Part shown: positions 50,637 to 64,000 of the stretch, one piece after another
Position numbering within the stretch: position 1 is the first letter of the stretch
How the letters are laid out: every line of letters starts with the position of its first letter
DNA from: Octopus vulgaris
Taxonomy: Eukaryota
Direction of reading: 5' to 3'
Length of the DNA stretch: 64,000 bases
Assembly: GCA_951406725.2 (NCBI GenBank)
Contig: OX597831.1
Coordinates: 48,236,001-48,300,000, forward strand
Notes under the pieces: model-generated
What the model was told of the DNA's origin: nothing
Database searches by the model: none
Seen by the model: the letters and a program-made list of their open reading frames with translations, nothing else
Position numbers and translations under genes: made by a program

Positions 50637-51172
50637 GAGTGAGAGAGCAGTGTATGCCATCAAAGTGACACTGGGGTAAAATATACGAAGCCCAGTATAC
50701 CCATCATGACTACCTGTCTGATAAGGGTACACTAGGCACATGCATCATAACCATATGTGCATGACATGGTGATTTCATATCAAGATAAACAGCTCATGAG
50801 CTTGCAGGAGAGACCCAGTTAGAATTTTCTTCAGATCATGCAGCCAATCCCACTCAAAAGGTAACTGATTAAGGGTCATTTAAGGATGTTGAACAAAATA
50901 CCCATGTTTCCAAAGGTGAATTATCCAAACCTCCAAGAATTCCTTTCAACACACAGCTATGATGCTCCCCAACTACTTCTGTTCATGATCAGAGATGCAC
51001 ATATCTTCAGCCACTAAGAGACATGCTCAACTGGTTAAGGTCAAACAACTGACAAGCAAATCTGTGGTATTGAGCAGAATATTTGCTGTAGCCCATCTTT
51101 TATACCAAGACAAAACAATGTACATGATAACACTCCCAATCAGTTAAGATCAGGAGCCATGAGAGCTTCTGC
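50637..51172. mobile_element. Family I element, near full length (about 540 bp), in (ATT)n array
   Basis: Homologous pieces at 46606-46710, 46814-46914, 48704-49047, 54468-54719, 55244-55411 (inverted). Confidence 0.8.
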
Positions 51173-51198
51173 CAATCATTATTATTATTATTATTATT

Positions 51199-51435
51199 CA
51201 GTAGTTTTATTTTTATAGCGTGCTTTCAATTCACTACCGAGCGCAGCTCTGTGTGCCTGGGTATGTGCTGTGATTTGTTGTGATGCTCTGATGGTTATTG
51301 TATGGAAAGTGTTCTGAGTAGGATGTGTGCAGTGCCTAGTAGTGCAATTTTCTGTATGTTATATGAGTTTGTAAGTCCTGGTGTTTTTGTTATGTATTTG
51401 TCTGAATATTTTTTTATCATGCCTAATGCACCTAC

Positions 51436-51436
<1 letters not shown>
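51199..51436 (-). mobile_element. 5'-truncated R4/Dong element
   Basis: VGALGMIKKYSDKYITKTPG..LSIQ* plus 3' UTR; (ATT)n on both sides. Confidence 0.9.
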
Positions 51437-51492
<56 letters not shown>

Positions 51493-51981
51493 CATTATTA
51501 TTATTATTATTATTTTCTTTTTTCTTTTTCTTTTTCTGTTGTCACAACATAATGCACTTTGATTATCTGTTAGTGGGATGTTAGATACTACAGATGCTGA
51601 CTGAAATAGTTTTTTTTTCTTTTTAGTTTTTCCTGATCTTAATGTATAGAAAAGTCAATATTTCATCAAATAATAGTGAATGCTGATCAATCATTAGATT
51701 AGTGATTGATATTCTTTAGAATAAAAAAAAAGTTCAGTTATATTACTAGTGATGACTTTCTTGTTGCTTTTTGTCATTTGGGCTTTTATGAAAGTGCTCA
51801 CCTACTCTGTCTGTCAGTCTGTCTGTCTGTCTCTTATATATGCACACACACACACACACATGCACACAAATACACAAACACACACAAATACACCCACAAA
51901 CTCTCTTTATCTTTTTCATACACACATGCATACTCACCCATTCTCTCTCTATCTCTCTTTTTCACATGTGCACACATGCAC

Positions 51982-52054
<73 letters not shown>

Positions 52055-52416
52055 CCCTATCTTTCTACATATCTACATCAACCAATATACAATATTATAC
52101 ATCTATGTTCCAATACTTTCTTTAATACTTCACACAAGACCAAGTATCTCGAAGAATATGAAGAATGAGCTTTGCAAATGAGGTCATGATAAGCTCTGTC
52201 TTATAGTTTGCACATATTAACACAATAATTAAAAAATGATATTAGCCAATTATAAATGTTGCTCTTTATGTTTCTCACAGTACAGTTATTTTAATTAGGT
52301 TTTTTAATTCTTTCTGTAACAAATGTGTTAACTTCAACATAATTATTTACAATATGCTTTTTGCTGTGTTTGCATATTTGGAAAGTACCAACTAATCAAA
52401 TTGATACTATATTCCC

Positions 52417-52524
<108 letters not shown>

Positions 52525-52637
52525 TGTATGTATGTATGTATGTATGTATGTATATATATATATAGGGAGAGTTTATGAAAAAAAACAAAAGATGAAGACA
52601 GGTGGTGTACAAAACAAACAGATGTATTAGTATAACA

Positions 52638-52675
<38 letters not shown>

Positions 52676-52924
52676 TGTCCAGCATTCACGATGATTGATC
52701 ACTTGCCACTAAGCCTTTTTTTTAGGCTCGAAACGTAAAAGACTATCTCACTTCTTGAGCGTTAAACTAATACATCTGTTTGTTGTTTACACAGCCATCT
52801 TTGTTTTTTGTTTTGTTTGTTTTTCTTTGTAAATTCCAACTATATATATATATATAGCTGTATGTATGTATATGCGTATACACATACACACACATATGTA
52901 TATATATGTATGTATGTATGTATA

Positions 52925-53263
52925 AAGAGTAAAGCGCTTCTTCGGTCATGAATGACCATGGGATTGCACCTAGAAATTTCTATTCTGAGGAACAAGTTTG
53001 GGCAAGGTTGTTTATGGAAGGCCAGCAGTTGCCCATGCATACCAGCCTCCCCTCTCCACACCACTGATGTTATCCAAGGAAAAAAGCGAAGATCGATACA
53101 GCTTGGCACCAGTGATGTTGCAACTCATTTCTACAGCTGAGTGAACTGGAGCAATGTGATATAAAGTGTCTTGTTCAAGAGCACAACACTTATCCTGGTC
53201 CAGGCATTGAACTCGCTTTCTCATGATTGTGAACCCAATGCTCTAACCACTGAGCCATGAGCC
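52925..53263 (-). mobile_element. CORE-type SINE family J
   Basis: Homologous to 13640-13980. Confidence 0.8.
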
Positions 53264-53413
53264 TCCATATACTGAGCCATGTGCCATCATATATATACAC
53301 ACACACAAACACACAAACACATATATATATGTATATATATACATATATACATATATATATATGTATATGTATATACATATAATGTGTGTATATATATGTA
53401 TATATAGATAATG

Positions 53414-53457
<44 letters not shown>

Positions 53458-53584
53458 AGCACATGGCTCAGTGTATTGCTCAGTATATATATATATATCA
53501 CCATGATCACCGTGACTGACACATCGATGGTCATAATGTGCTTCGCATTGTTTTAGCCTCCAAATGATGCCAAGCAAGCAAGCC

Positions 53585-53776
53585 CACAGAAGAAAGAGTG
53601 CAAGAAAGTTGTGACGAAAGAGTACAGCAGGGATCGTCACAACCCCCTACTAGAGCCTCATGGAGCTTTAGGTGTTTTCGCTCAATAAACACTCACAACG
53701 CCCGGTCTGGGAATTGAAACCGCGATCCTACAACTGAGAGCCCACTGCCCTAACTACTGGGCCATTGTGCCTCCAT
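53585..53776 (-). mobile_element. SINE family C, 5' part
   Basis: Homologous to 400-581. Confidence 0.8.
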
Positions 53777-54264
53777 ATATATATATATATAAGCATAGAT
53801 ATGCACATATGTGTGTGTGAGCATGCATATATCTATGTATGTATACATTAAGTGATATATATGATAATTATATTTGAAAAATTGAGATGCCTATGGCTAA
53901 TAAAGGTGCTCAGGTCAACCATGAAAATATCAGTCCTGTTATGCTGTTGACATACAGATTAATATATAACTGTCATTCATTTAATTATCTCTTCATCCCA
54001 CATACTTTCAGAGTAATGTACTAAACTATCATAGTTGTATATTCTTGCATACATTCATCGCTTATCTCTGCACCAGCCTAGTCATTTTGATTTGTTCTCA
54101 TACCAAGTGGTCGATTCTAAGTGGCTGCTTGATCTAATAACAAGAGCAGCCAAATTCCTTGAAAGCTCACATCATAGAAAAATGGTGAAACAATTCTTTG
54201 TAAATCCCATGCTTCTTGAAATTAGCCAATACTACACTGTCTTGACTGTTCCTTCCCTTTTTAA

Positions 54265-54397
54265 TCCTTTCGATACCAACCGGGCTGAGACCAGCTCTGG
54301 CTCTTTAGCACGAATGTCTTGTTTTCATAAATTACGAATTAAAATCCTCCACCAAACCTTAGTCACTATTTATGTTCCTAACACTAGCTTAATGATA
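54265..54397. mobile_element. piggyBac-type MITE (family 2), truncated by a SINE A tail
   Basis: Homologous to 26696-26828, preceded by TTAA. Confidence 0.75.
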
Positions 54398-54737
54398 CTC
54401 TTTTACTCTTTTACTTGTTTCAGTCATTTGACTGTGGCCATGCTGGAGCACCACCTTTAGTCGAGCAAAAAAGGTCCCTGAATAAGGGTTGTTTAAGTAT
54501 GTTGAAATAAAACACCCATGTTTCCAGAGGTGAATTATTCAAACCTCAAAGAATTCCTCTCAACACATGGCTATGATGCTCTCCCACTACTTCTGCTCGT
54601 GATCAGAGATGCACATATCATCAGCCACAAAGGGACATGCTCAACTGGTTACGGTCAAACAACTGACAAGCAAATCTGTGGTATTGAGCAGAATATTTGC
54701 TGTAGCCCATCTTTTATACTTATTATTATTATTATTA

Positions 54738-55077
54738 TATGTTTGACTTTTGCTTTATATTTGTACAAGTTGGCTCCAAGTCTCACCCGGAGACCTCAAG
54801 AGACAAAAGGTTGGAAGTTCACATTGTTGTTATGCCTAGTATGCCATATATTTGGTTGTTTTTTGTGTTGTACTGGTGGATGTCTAAGAAAAAAAAAAAT
54901 GTTTGTTTTAAACCTTGAGATTACATAGAAAGTATTTTGCGTAGGATATGAGCAGTTCCCATGAGCACTATCTTTTGAATTTCTGCCATTTTGGGGTTTC
55001 CTGGTATCTGAGTTAGGTAGCTATCAGCCCCTTTTACTATCATTCCCAGGGCACCTATGACAACAGGTATTGTTTTA
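54738..55077 (-). pseudogene. Second R4/Dong-type family 3' end
   Basis: KTIPVVIGALGMIVKGADSYLTQIPGNPKMAEIQKIVLMGTAHILRKILSM*; different 3' UTR; ends at (AAT)n. Confidence 0.85.
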
Positions 55078-55439
55078 GTCTTCTTTGTCTTTGGTCAGTA
55101 AGTGTTATTTCCAGAAGAAATGACTACTATTTCCTTCAAAGTAAGCTTTTGTCACCTGGACATCAATGTTTTGAAACTGACCTATTTTCCATTACATTTC
55201 AGACAGATTCAGTGCTGTGTTGCTGAAGCAGAAATATTGTTATAGCAAATATTCTGCCCAATACCACATATTTTCTTGTCAGTTGCTTGACCATAACTAG
55301 TTGAGTATGTCCGTTAGTGGCTGATAATATGTGCATCTCTGATCATGAGCAGGAGTAGGGTGGGGAGCATGATAACTATATGTTAAGATGGATTCTTTGG
55401 GGTTTGAATAAATGTAAGAAAAGCAAAGTTTGGAAGAAA

Positions 55440-55873
55440 TAATAGTCATTTGATGGAATTCTTTTTTATTTTTTGGGATTTTCAGAGAAGTTTTGGAATT
55501 TGTGTCCTACACACAGACATTCATACAACTATGAAAACGGTTTTTAAAAAACTTTTTTAATTTTAAAAATTTTCTGTTTTATAAAAATTTTTTTTTAAAT
55601 CACAGTTTAAAATATGGCTGACATATGGGGAGAAAGATATAGAAAAACATCAATACTTCAGTGGCAAACGAACGAAGAGGGTATCAAGTGGTCATGAGAT
55701 GTGCTAAAAATAACAGCTAAATAACCCTTAAATCACTATTCCAAAAATATGTTTTTGATTTTTGTGTAATTGTATGAATTCTCATGCATAGAATAGAAAT
55801 TCATAAAAATTTTCTGACAATTCCAAAAAATAAAAAGCTTCAGGTGCTAAGAGCAGAATTCCACCAGCTATTT
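55440..55873. mobile_element. Old MITE-like element with diverged inverted arms
   Basis: TTTTTATTTTTTGG.ATT.TCAGA..ATTCATACAA mirrored at 55768-55836. Confidence 0.5.
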
Positions 55874-56253
55874 TTCATACTTTGTAGGGGTTAGCAAACA
55901 GAAAATAACATTTGCTACCCAAGTACAAAGATCGTGTGTTACACAGTGTAATTATTCTTATCTTAATTTCCACATTTCCTTTAGGCTGTTTCGTTGCCAA
56001 CCCCGATGCCCTCTGTTTTTCTATGATTCTGGATTTTACCAAACCTGGAATGACCAAATATGAATTTCAATAAGAAATATTCTTTCCAGCCTGCTGGATT
56101 TATAGTAATTAATTCACAGCAAATTGCCAGGTTGGCTACTTGACTTGTTTATCATTCTCTGGAAACTGTTCCATCTTTCATACGCTTGACATAAAGAAAC
56201 AGAACATTGTCCAGAGTATAGAATGCTGACTTTTATATGCTGGAGTTTTTAAC

Positions 56254-56295
<42 letters not shown>

Positions 56296-56495
56296 GGGTG
56301 GGTGCACATGCATGCGTTCATGTGTATGTGCATGTATATACGTATGAACACATGTATGTATATCTATTCATGTATATATGTATGCATTTATATACATGTA
56401 AATATGTATGATACATATGCATGTGTGTGTGTGTATACACATAATATGAAATACACACACACATGCATACATATATATATATATATATATGTATG

Positions 56496-56539
<44 letters not shown>

Positions 56540-57112
56540 AATATATATATACATATACACACATTAATATCTGTGTGTGTGTGCATGTGTGTGTGTATAT
56601 ATATATATGAATATATATATACATATACACACAAATATATATATCTGTGTGTGTGTGCATGTGTGTATGTATATGTGTGTGTATGTATATGTGTGTGTGT
56701 GTATGTGTTTGTGTGTGTGTGTATGTGTGTGCACTCAATACACATAGAATAAGTGGTATTTATAGACAAGATAATACAGAAATAATAAGAAGAAAAAGCA
56801 TTATGCAATGTTGCACATACTCTGGCCAATCTGTATGAACATGGTAAAATGAAGGTTAAAATGATGATGATGATGATGATGACAATAGTGACAGTGATGA
56901 TGATGACGCTGTCGATGTTGGTGATGAAGAGGATGTCCTTCCCTTATAATGTGAGTTGGTGCTCAATTCTTTTCTATGACCTTTAAAAGATTCCTCAGGG
57001 AATATCACTTGAGCAAGGACGTTGACACGAAAACAATCCAGTCTTATGAATATATTTATGTGTGTGTGTATTTGTGTGAGTGTGTGTGTAGATATATATG
57101 TATGTGTGTGTG

Positions 57113-57154
<42 letters not shown>

Positions 57155-57509
57155 GGGGAAAATAATAGAGACAAATTTTAGTAATCAAACACTAGAAGAC
57201 ATTTTAGTATCTTCAAAACATCTTCTGATATACTTTAGCTTCAATATTAAGTGACATTTCAACATGGCAAAATTTATTTAAGGAGATACCTGTTTTGTTG
57301 GCATTCTCATATTTTTCTTCTTTTCTGTCACTAATTTCAGTTATGAGACAGATCATGCTGGGGCACTACCTTTCAAATATAGCATTTCTTTTTTTGCGTA
57401 TCATTTTCGAGATATTTTTTTCTTTCTCTTTTTAACCTTTGACTGAATGTTACAGTTTCCATTTGTATTGTTTAACATTTGTTAAACATGGATTGTTCTT
57501 ATTCTTTTG

Positions 57510-57973
57510 TTTATTCTTTTCCTTGTTCCAGTCATTTGACTGTGGCCATGCTGGAGCACCGCTTTTAGTCGAACAATTCGATCCCCAGGACTTATTCTTT
57601 GTAAGCCTAGTACTTATTCTGTCGGTCTCTTTTGACAAACTGCTAAGTTACGGTGATGTAAACACACCAACATCGGTTGTCAAGCGATGGTGGGATGACA
57701 AACACAAACACACACACGCACACACACACACATATATATGTATGTATGTATGACGAGCTTCATTTAGTTTCCATCTACCAAATTCACTCACAAGGCTTTG
57801 GTCAGCCTGAAGCTATAGTAGAAGATGAACAATTCAACCCCAGGACCTATTCTTTGTAAGTCTAGTACTTATTCTATTTGTCGCTTTTGCAAAATTGCTA
57901 AGTTATGGGGACGTAAACACACCAACATCAATTATCAAGCAATGGTGGAGGCACAAAAATAGACACAAAAAGG

Positions 57974-58045
<72 letters not shown>

Positions 58046-58046
58046 C

Positions 58047-58121
<75 letters not shown>

Positions 58122-58488
58122 CATATATACATATATATATATGTATATATATGTATGATACATATACATATATATATATATATACATACATACATATATA
58201 TACACACATATATATATATCAAAATGTGACCGCGTGTGTACCGTTGGTGATTTTTTTCCTCCATCTTCCCTTCTCTGGATCTTTCCTTTTCCTATGTTTC
58301 TGACGAAGAGCTCCGCTCGAAACATAAAACCCTCCTTCTCTTCCCTTCCTTCCTGAGTGTCCAATAATACTATATTTGTTCCACGTCCTCGCGTTGTTGT
58401 GTTTTCTCTTGGTGTTTTCATGTTTGGATTAACTATATATATATATATATATATATATAAATATACATATATACATATATATATGTAA

Positions 58489-58550
<62 letters not shown>

Positions 58551-58760
58551 TATATATGTATATATATACATATATACACACATATATATATATATATATA
58601 TACAATGAGCTTTTTTCAGTTTCCGTCTACCAAATCCACTCACAAGGCTTTGTGTGGCTCAAGGCTGTAGTAGAAGACACTAGCCCAAGATGCCATGCAG
58701 TGGAACTGAACCCGGAACAATGGGGCTGGTAAGCAAGCTACTTACCACACAGCCACTCCT
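57510..58760 (-). mobile_element. SINE family A (partly duplicated) with family F inserted in its microsatellite
   Basis: A tail at about 57510, repeated segment at 57830-57960, A head at 58600-58760. Confidence 0.8.
58221..58434 (+). mobile_element. Family F with hammerhead at 58296-58330
   Basis: GTTT-CTGACGA-A-GAGC-TCC-GCTC-GAAA-CA-TA-AAAC; TA-rich flanks. Confidence 0.75.
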
Positions 58761-59032
58761 GGACTTGTGCATGTTTTGGTATGAATTTCTGAGGTTATAG
58801 TTTGACTTGTGCTCTATTGATGTGTTTGTATGTGGTAAGTTACTATCAATATATATGTGTCTGTGCGGAAGAGGTGACCTGGCAGAGTCATTAGCATACG
58901 GGGGAACCTAACAGATACCTGCTGACATAGAAGCCTACTGTAGATCTCTAGCTCCAGCTTGGAACCTAACGGATGCACTTACACAGCATACCTATTCATT
59001 TAGATCATCATTGGACTAAACCGCTCATATTC

Positions 59033-59246
<214 letters not shown>

Positions 59247-59247
<1 letters not shown>

Positions 59248-59440
59248 GTTAATCCAAACAAGAAAACACAAAAAAACACAACAACGTGAGGACATGGAAC
59301 AAATATAGTATTATTGGATGCCAAGGAAAGAAGGAGGGTTCAATGTTTCGAGTGGAGCTCTTCGTCGGAAACATAGGAGAAGGAAAGATCCAGAGAAGGG
59401 AAGACAGAGGAAAAAAAATCGCCAACGGTACACACGAGGT

Positions 59441-59445
<5 letters not shown>
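59247..59445 (-). mobile_element. Family F with mutated hammerhead at 59338-59372
   Basis: Reverse complement of 58225-58434. Confidence 0.75.
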
Positions 59446-59496
<51 letters not shown>

Positions 59497-59497
<1 letters not shown>

Positions 59498-59917
59498 CCG
59501 TATGACAGGCACCCATGCCAACCCCCTTTGCTTGTGAAGACATGTCGGGGCAAGCGAAATCGAAATCGAATTGAACCAGCCAGGATCCCTGGTCTGGTGG
59601 TACGTAAAAAGCACTATCCGATACGTGGCCGATGCCAGCACCGCCTCGACTGGCTTCCGTGCCGGTGGCACATAAAATACACCAATCTGACCGTGGCCGT
59701 TGCCAGCCCCGCCTGGCACCTGTGCAGGTGGCACGTAAAAAGCACCCACTACACTCACAGAGTGGTTGGCGTTAGGAAGGGCATCCAGCTGTAGAAACAT
59801 TGCCAGATTAGACTGGAGCCTGGTGCAGTCTTCTGGCTTCCCAGAACCCTGGTCGAACCGTCCAACCCATGCTAGCATGGAGAACGGACGTTAAACGATG
59901 ATGATGATGATGATGAT
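59497..59917 (+). mobile_element. RTE LINE 3' UTR
   Basis: GGCACRTAAAA internal repeats; (GAT)n tail. Confidence 0.85.
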
Positions 59918-60239
59918 ATCGATGTAGGCTTTAATGTTGAATATTTTCAAACAGGGAGTTTGTTTGATAAAACCATTGGCAGTTTCTGGTAAGCTGGTAT
60001 GAAAAGGGTTAATGGAAAATCAAAACCTTTATTGGTGTGGTAGTCACCTTTTCTGATCATGTTACCTACTGTGACTCTGAATCTATGAATATATTGTCTT
60101 TCCTCATTAAACTAACAAATGATAAAAATTAAACTATTGAATTTACCATGTCAGCTTTTACTTGGAGTCCGTGGAGTGCTTTTCATTTAACGTAACATCT
60201 GTATAATATATATTTTCGGTATGGTATGCTACAATATTA

Positions 60240-60460
60240 GTGGAGGCACGTGGCTTAGTGGTTAGGTTGTGGTTTCAATTCCTGGACCGGGCGATGCATT
60301 GTGTTCTTGAGCACAACACTTCATTTCACATTTCTCCAGTCCACTCAGCTGGCAAAAATGAGTAACACTGTGATGGAATGGCGTCTCGTGCAGCTGGGGA
60401 ACACATACGCCATTGAAACCAGGCTCATGAGCCTGATTAGGTTTTAAAAAGGGCGCATTT
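60240..60460 (+). mobile_element. tRNA/CORE SINE, family C variant
   Basis: A box TGGCTTAGTGG, CORE-like segment, tail shared with 2669-2790. Confidence 0.75.
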
Positions 60461-61391
60461 ATCATTTTTTAAATATATGTATGTGCATGTTTTTAATGGT
60501 TTAGTTAGTGGAGCAAGTTTTTTAAATAAAAATAGGAATGGCCCCAGTCATAGGCTTTTACATAACTTACCATCTATCAAATTTCACACAAAAGATTCTG
60601 GTGGATCCAGGGTTGTTGTAGAAAAAGCCCCATTGCCTGATATCTGTACAGTGGGATTGATCCTGTAACCACATAGTTGTAGATCTGCCTTCTTAACCAC
60701 ATAGCCATACATGTATTCATGTTAGTGATACATAAATAATAGCAATATAAATCTACAACTGCACGGCACACCTAATGTGATGCTAGACCAATAACTAACT
60801 GTCAGTGTCCAACTTCTTATTGAATTTTTAATATGACATTCTCCTGTAAAATCATATCAGCAATCATAATATCCAGTATTCGTTAGAAAGCTTTTAAATT
60901 GCAAATTCTTAAGAGATTCGTCAAGAAACAGAGAACAATTATCTCTTAATTAGCTGCAGTAATTTAAGTTAATGTTGCAGTTGCATTGGTAATCACAGAG
61001 CTCTTTAAGAAATTATAAATAATTATGTGGGTTTGGTGCTTCTTTAGAGTTGCTATTTAACTGCTTAGCATGTCAACGTACTGAATGATAAAATCTTAGG
61101 TTTCACTTATATTCATTTTCATGTTTTTTGTGAACAAATTTGTTGTGTATCCATGTTGTTAGGATAACTACGCTGTATCTCTGAATGTCATAAATGGAAA
61201 CTAAGAGGGCTCATATCAGGAAGGGCATCTATAGGTTCAGAAATGGCTGTGTGGTTAAGATACTCGCTTAGCAATCACTTGGTTCATGGTTCAGTGCCAC
61301 TGCACAGCACCTAGAGCATGTGTCTTCTATAGCCTTCAGTTGACCAATACCTTGTGAGTTAATTTGGTAGACATAAGCTGTGGAAACCCAT

Positions 61392-61433
<42 letters not shown>

Positions 61434-61596
61434 TATATATGAATGTATGTATCTTTTATCTTTTATCTTTTAATTGTTTTAGTCATTTGACTGTGGCCAT
61501 GCTGGGGCACCACCTTGAAGAGTCTTTAGTTGAACAAATGACTATAGGATTTGTCTGGTACTTATTCTATTGGTCTCTTTTGCTGAACCACTAAAT

Positions 61597-61639
<43 letters not shown>

Positions 61640-61921
61640 CAGTTAAACATATGTTGGCTTAAGGTGTGTATTTACATGGAATACAAAATGTAGATAACAG
61701 AATGAAGAAAACAAAAGAAGTTATGTAATATTCTTATCTTGACAGCTGTTTCAGGAGCACCCTGCTAAAAGGTTAAAGGTGACAGTAGAATTATTGTTGA
61801 AAACTTAGATGTGAAAATGTGTTGCTCATACAACTATGAAAGGTTATTTTAGCAGCTTCATTAAACATGTCTTTTCTCTCTCCTCAATAGAGCCATCTTA
61901 GCAGCATCATTGGCAAATCAG

Positions 61922-62142
61922 TAAGGCGGCAAACTGGTAGAAACGTTAGCATGGAAGGCGAAATGTTTAGTGGTATTTCATCTCTCTTTATGTCCTGAGT
62001 TCAAATTCCACCACGGTCAACTTTGCCTTTTATCTTTTCAGGGTCAATAAATTAAGTACCAATTGCGTACTGGGGGTCAATCTAATTGACTGGCCCCCTT
62101 CCAAAAAATTTCTGGTCTTGTCCCTAGACAAGAAAAGATTAT
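61922..62142 (+). mobile_element. SINE family B
   Basis: AAGGCGGC..CTGG.AGAAACGTTAGC head; GAGTTCAAATTCC. Confidence 0.75.
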
Positions 62143-62711
62143 TAGCAAGTCATTTCTCTTGGGCTGATAGTATTGATTCTTTGACAGTATGTCACAGGAT
62201 ACATAGATCAGAATCAGGCCCCTAAACGGTGGCGCCGGTGGTGGTGGTGAAATTGGAGATTTAATACTCAGTTATTCTTGCAAAATTTTCTATTGGCTTA
62301 CCCAAGGTCAATTAATCTTTCATCTCTTTCAGTCAGGTCGGTGGGTCGATTGTACTGTTAAAGCATTTGTTTCAGTTCTCTGTATTTCAGAGTGCAAATT
62401 CTACCAAAGCCTCTGGTGTCACTAAATATAATGTTGGTCCAGGTTGCTGGAATTTCTAGAATGTGACATGGAATGTCTTATGGCATTTGTTCTGACTATT
62501 TGCATTCTGGTAGCAACATTCATGCTAACATTGGTGCCAAACTGTATCAAACTTCAGTTCTATATTTAAGAGATGAGGAATTATGTACATTATTTACATT
62601 TGACGGATATTTGTCCTCATCTTGTTTGTTGTTAACACAACGTTTCATCAGGTGTCTTGGGTAAATTTCGAACCTGGGTCCTCATTCCTAAGGTATTTTT
62701 CGATGTTGTGA

Positions 62712-62861
62712 GATGAAGTTAAAATAATAGACAGAGAACACCACTGGAAAATACGAAAACTAAAAGAAGCAGCACATATGCTAGGACACAACAACCTCTT
62801 AAGCAGACCGAGTGCAGATATGAGTAGCATATGGGAACCAGTATTAAGGAAGGATAGGTGA
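62712..62861 (+). pseudogene. PLE GIY-YIG endonuclease C-terminal fragment
   Basis: DEVKIIDREHHWKIRKLKEAAHMLGHNNLLSRPSADMSSIWEPVLRKDR*, matching the PLE (W)DxxxIldrExxxxxRxxkEA..W.p motif. Confidence 0.75.
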
Positions 62862-62905
62862 ATATCAGATTTCTACCCCCTAAAATTCACTCCATAATCG
62901 CCCAC

Positions 62906-62980
62906 GGGCATATGGCATAGTGATTAAGAGCACGGGCTACTAACCCCAAGATTCCGAGTTCGATTCCAGGCAGTGACCTG
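62906..62980 (+). other. tRNA-like segment (Pol III A/B boxes) inside the PLE terminal repeat
   Basis: A box consensus TGGCGTAGTGG, anticodon-like arm GGG-CT-ACT-AA-CCC, B box GAGTTCGATTC; weak acceptor stem. Confidence 0.7.
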
Positions 62981-63061
62981 AATAATAATAATAATAATAA
63001 TAACAACAACAACATCGAAAAATACCTTAGGAATGATAACCCAGGTTCGAAATTTCCCCAA

Positions 63062-63107
63062 GACACCTGATGAAGGCTGGAGAGTATATCAGCCGAAACA
63101 TTGTGTT
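63062..63107 (+). ncRNA. Minimal type I hammerhead ribozyme motif (family E)
   Basis: GACAC-CTGATGA-A-GGCTG[10 nt]CAGCC-GAAA-CA-TT-GTGTT; ancestral GAAACGTTGTGTT preserved in the inverted copy at 62634-62646. Confidence 0.75.
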
Positions 63108-63856
63108 AACAACAAACAAGATGAGGACAAATATCCATCAAATGTAAGTGATCTATCAAACTTGCCTTTCTCTTTGACATCAATGTCAGCATGGAGAAAT
63201 AAGTTTTGCAAGTATAGGCAGTTACTGGTCTTTTATAAGCCACTTTACCCAGGCCTGTAGCCTTGAACAATAGTTTTCAAGGTTCAAATCTGTAGTCTTA
63301 CAAGATATATGGAGACCTAGAGAAAATGAGTGATTAGCTTTGCATTTTCCATTTAATGGGAGATTTAATCAGTTATACCCCACCCTTAAAAACCAATGCT
63401 GGAAACGAATATTTTACATTTTGTAGTCACTATGTAAGATTGTCAGAGACCTGTGCAGTTTATCTGTATGTAATGAGCCAACATATAGGATACTATATGT
63501 GTTTTTTTTTTTTTGTGGGGACTACAAGAAAAAGCAATTAAACTGCCCTGTTATCACACCCAATCATCTGAAAGGGGAGGAGATAAATTGGACGATAAAG
63601 TACTGAATGCACTATATCTGAAAATACAAAGGATAGGCTGACTATGTCTGCATTGACTATAATCATAGAACAACTCAAACAGAAATGACCTGGATATAAA
63701 TAATTACATGTATATGTAGACTACAAGTCAATGGAGGATCCTCTATGTGGTTATTCAATATGTTAAAAATAGCAGTCACATCTCTTTTATGTTACACATT
63801 GGCTAATATAGTCTAAAATATAGATAGGATGACCATAGCTAGAGGATTTTTGGCTA

Positions 63857-64000
63857 TCATCATCATCATTTAGTGTCCACTAACCATGCTAGCATGGGTT
63901 AGATGGTTCAACTGGGGTCTGGGAAGCCAGAAGGCTGCACCAGGCCCAGTCTGATCTGGCAATGTTTCTACGGCTGGATGCCCTTCCTAATGCCAACCAC
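63857..64000 (-). mobile_element. RTE LINE 3' UTR running off the window end
   Basis: Homologous to 23796-23950. Confidence 0.8.

Larger units (their letters stand above)
62555..63153 (+). mobile_element. 5'-truncated Penelope-like element (family E) with inverted partial terminal repeat
   Basis: 10-bp TSD TATCAAACTT (62545-62554, 63154-63163); inverted pLTR 62555-62707; GIY-YIG tail; tRNA-like head; HHR. Confidence 0.8.

Noticed and set aside
55975-56063. Acceptor TTTCCTTTAG plus short ORF LFRCQPRCPLFFYDSGFYQTWNDQI
   Set aside because: No homology recognised; in-frame stop with no donor; unsupported
61735-61870. Minus-strand HHR half GAAACAGCTGTC
   Set aside because: Matching CTGANGA and helices too degenerate to call
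62906-62980. Functional tRNA gene (also SINE heads elsewhere)
   Set aside because: Poor acceptor stem, no T-run terminator, embedded in multi-copy repeats

Overview
AT-rich eukaryotic non-coding DNA (intron or intergenic) packed with microsatellites and transposon debris. The SINE/RTE repertoire looks like an octopus (coleoid cephalopod) genome; this is inferred from repeat content, not from a search. No intact protein-coding gene is supported, and nearly all ORF-track entries are microsatellite read-throughs. Recognisable content: several tRNA-headed SINE families (labelled A, B, C, J here), RTE-clade LINE 3' ends, R4/Dong-type RLE retrotransposon 3' ends in (AAT)n arrays, an internally deleted mariner, piggyBac-type MITEs, two non-autonomous Helitrons, and Penelope-like element (PLE) RT and GIY-YIG remnants. 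The main hidden signal is at least 7 unrelated repeat families carrying minimal type I hammerhead ribozyme (HHR) motifs with palindromic helix III, about 15 motifs in 64 kb. One family places a tRNA-like Pol III promoter directly upstream of the HHR inside a PLE terminal repeat. There are also many inverted repeats, a candidate EGF-like micro-exon, and a cluster of posterior-Hox/Cdx-type sites. Boundaries of degenerate repeats are approximate, family labels are local names, and some very degenerate copies are not listed.
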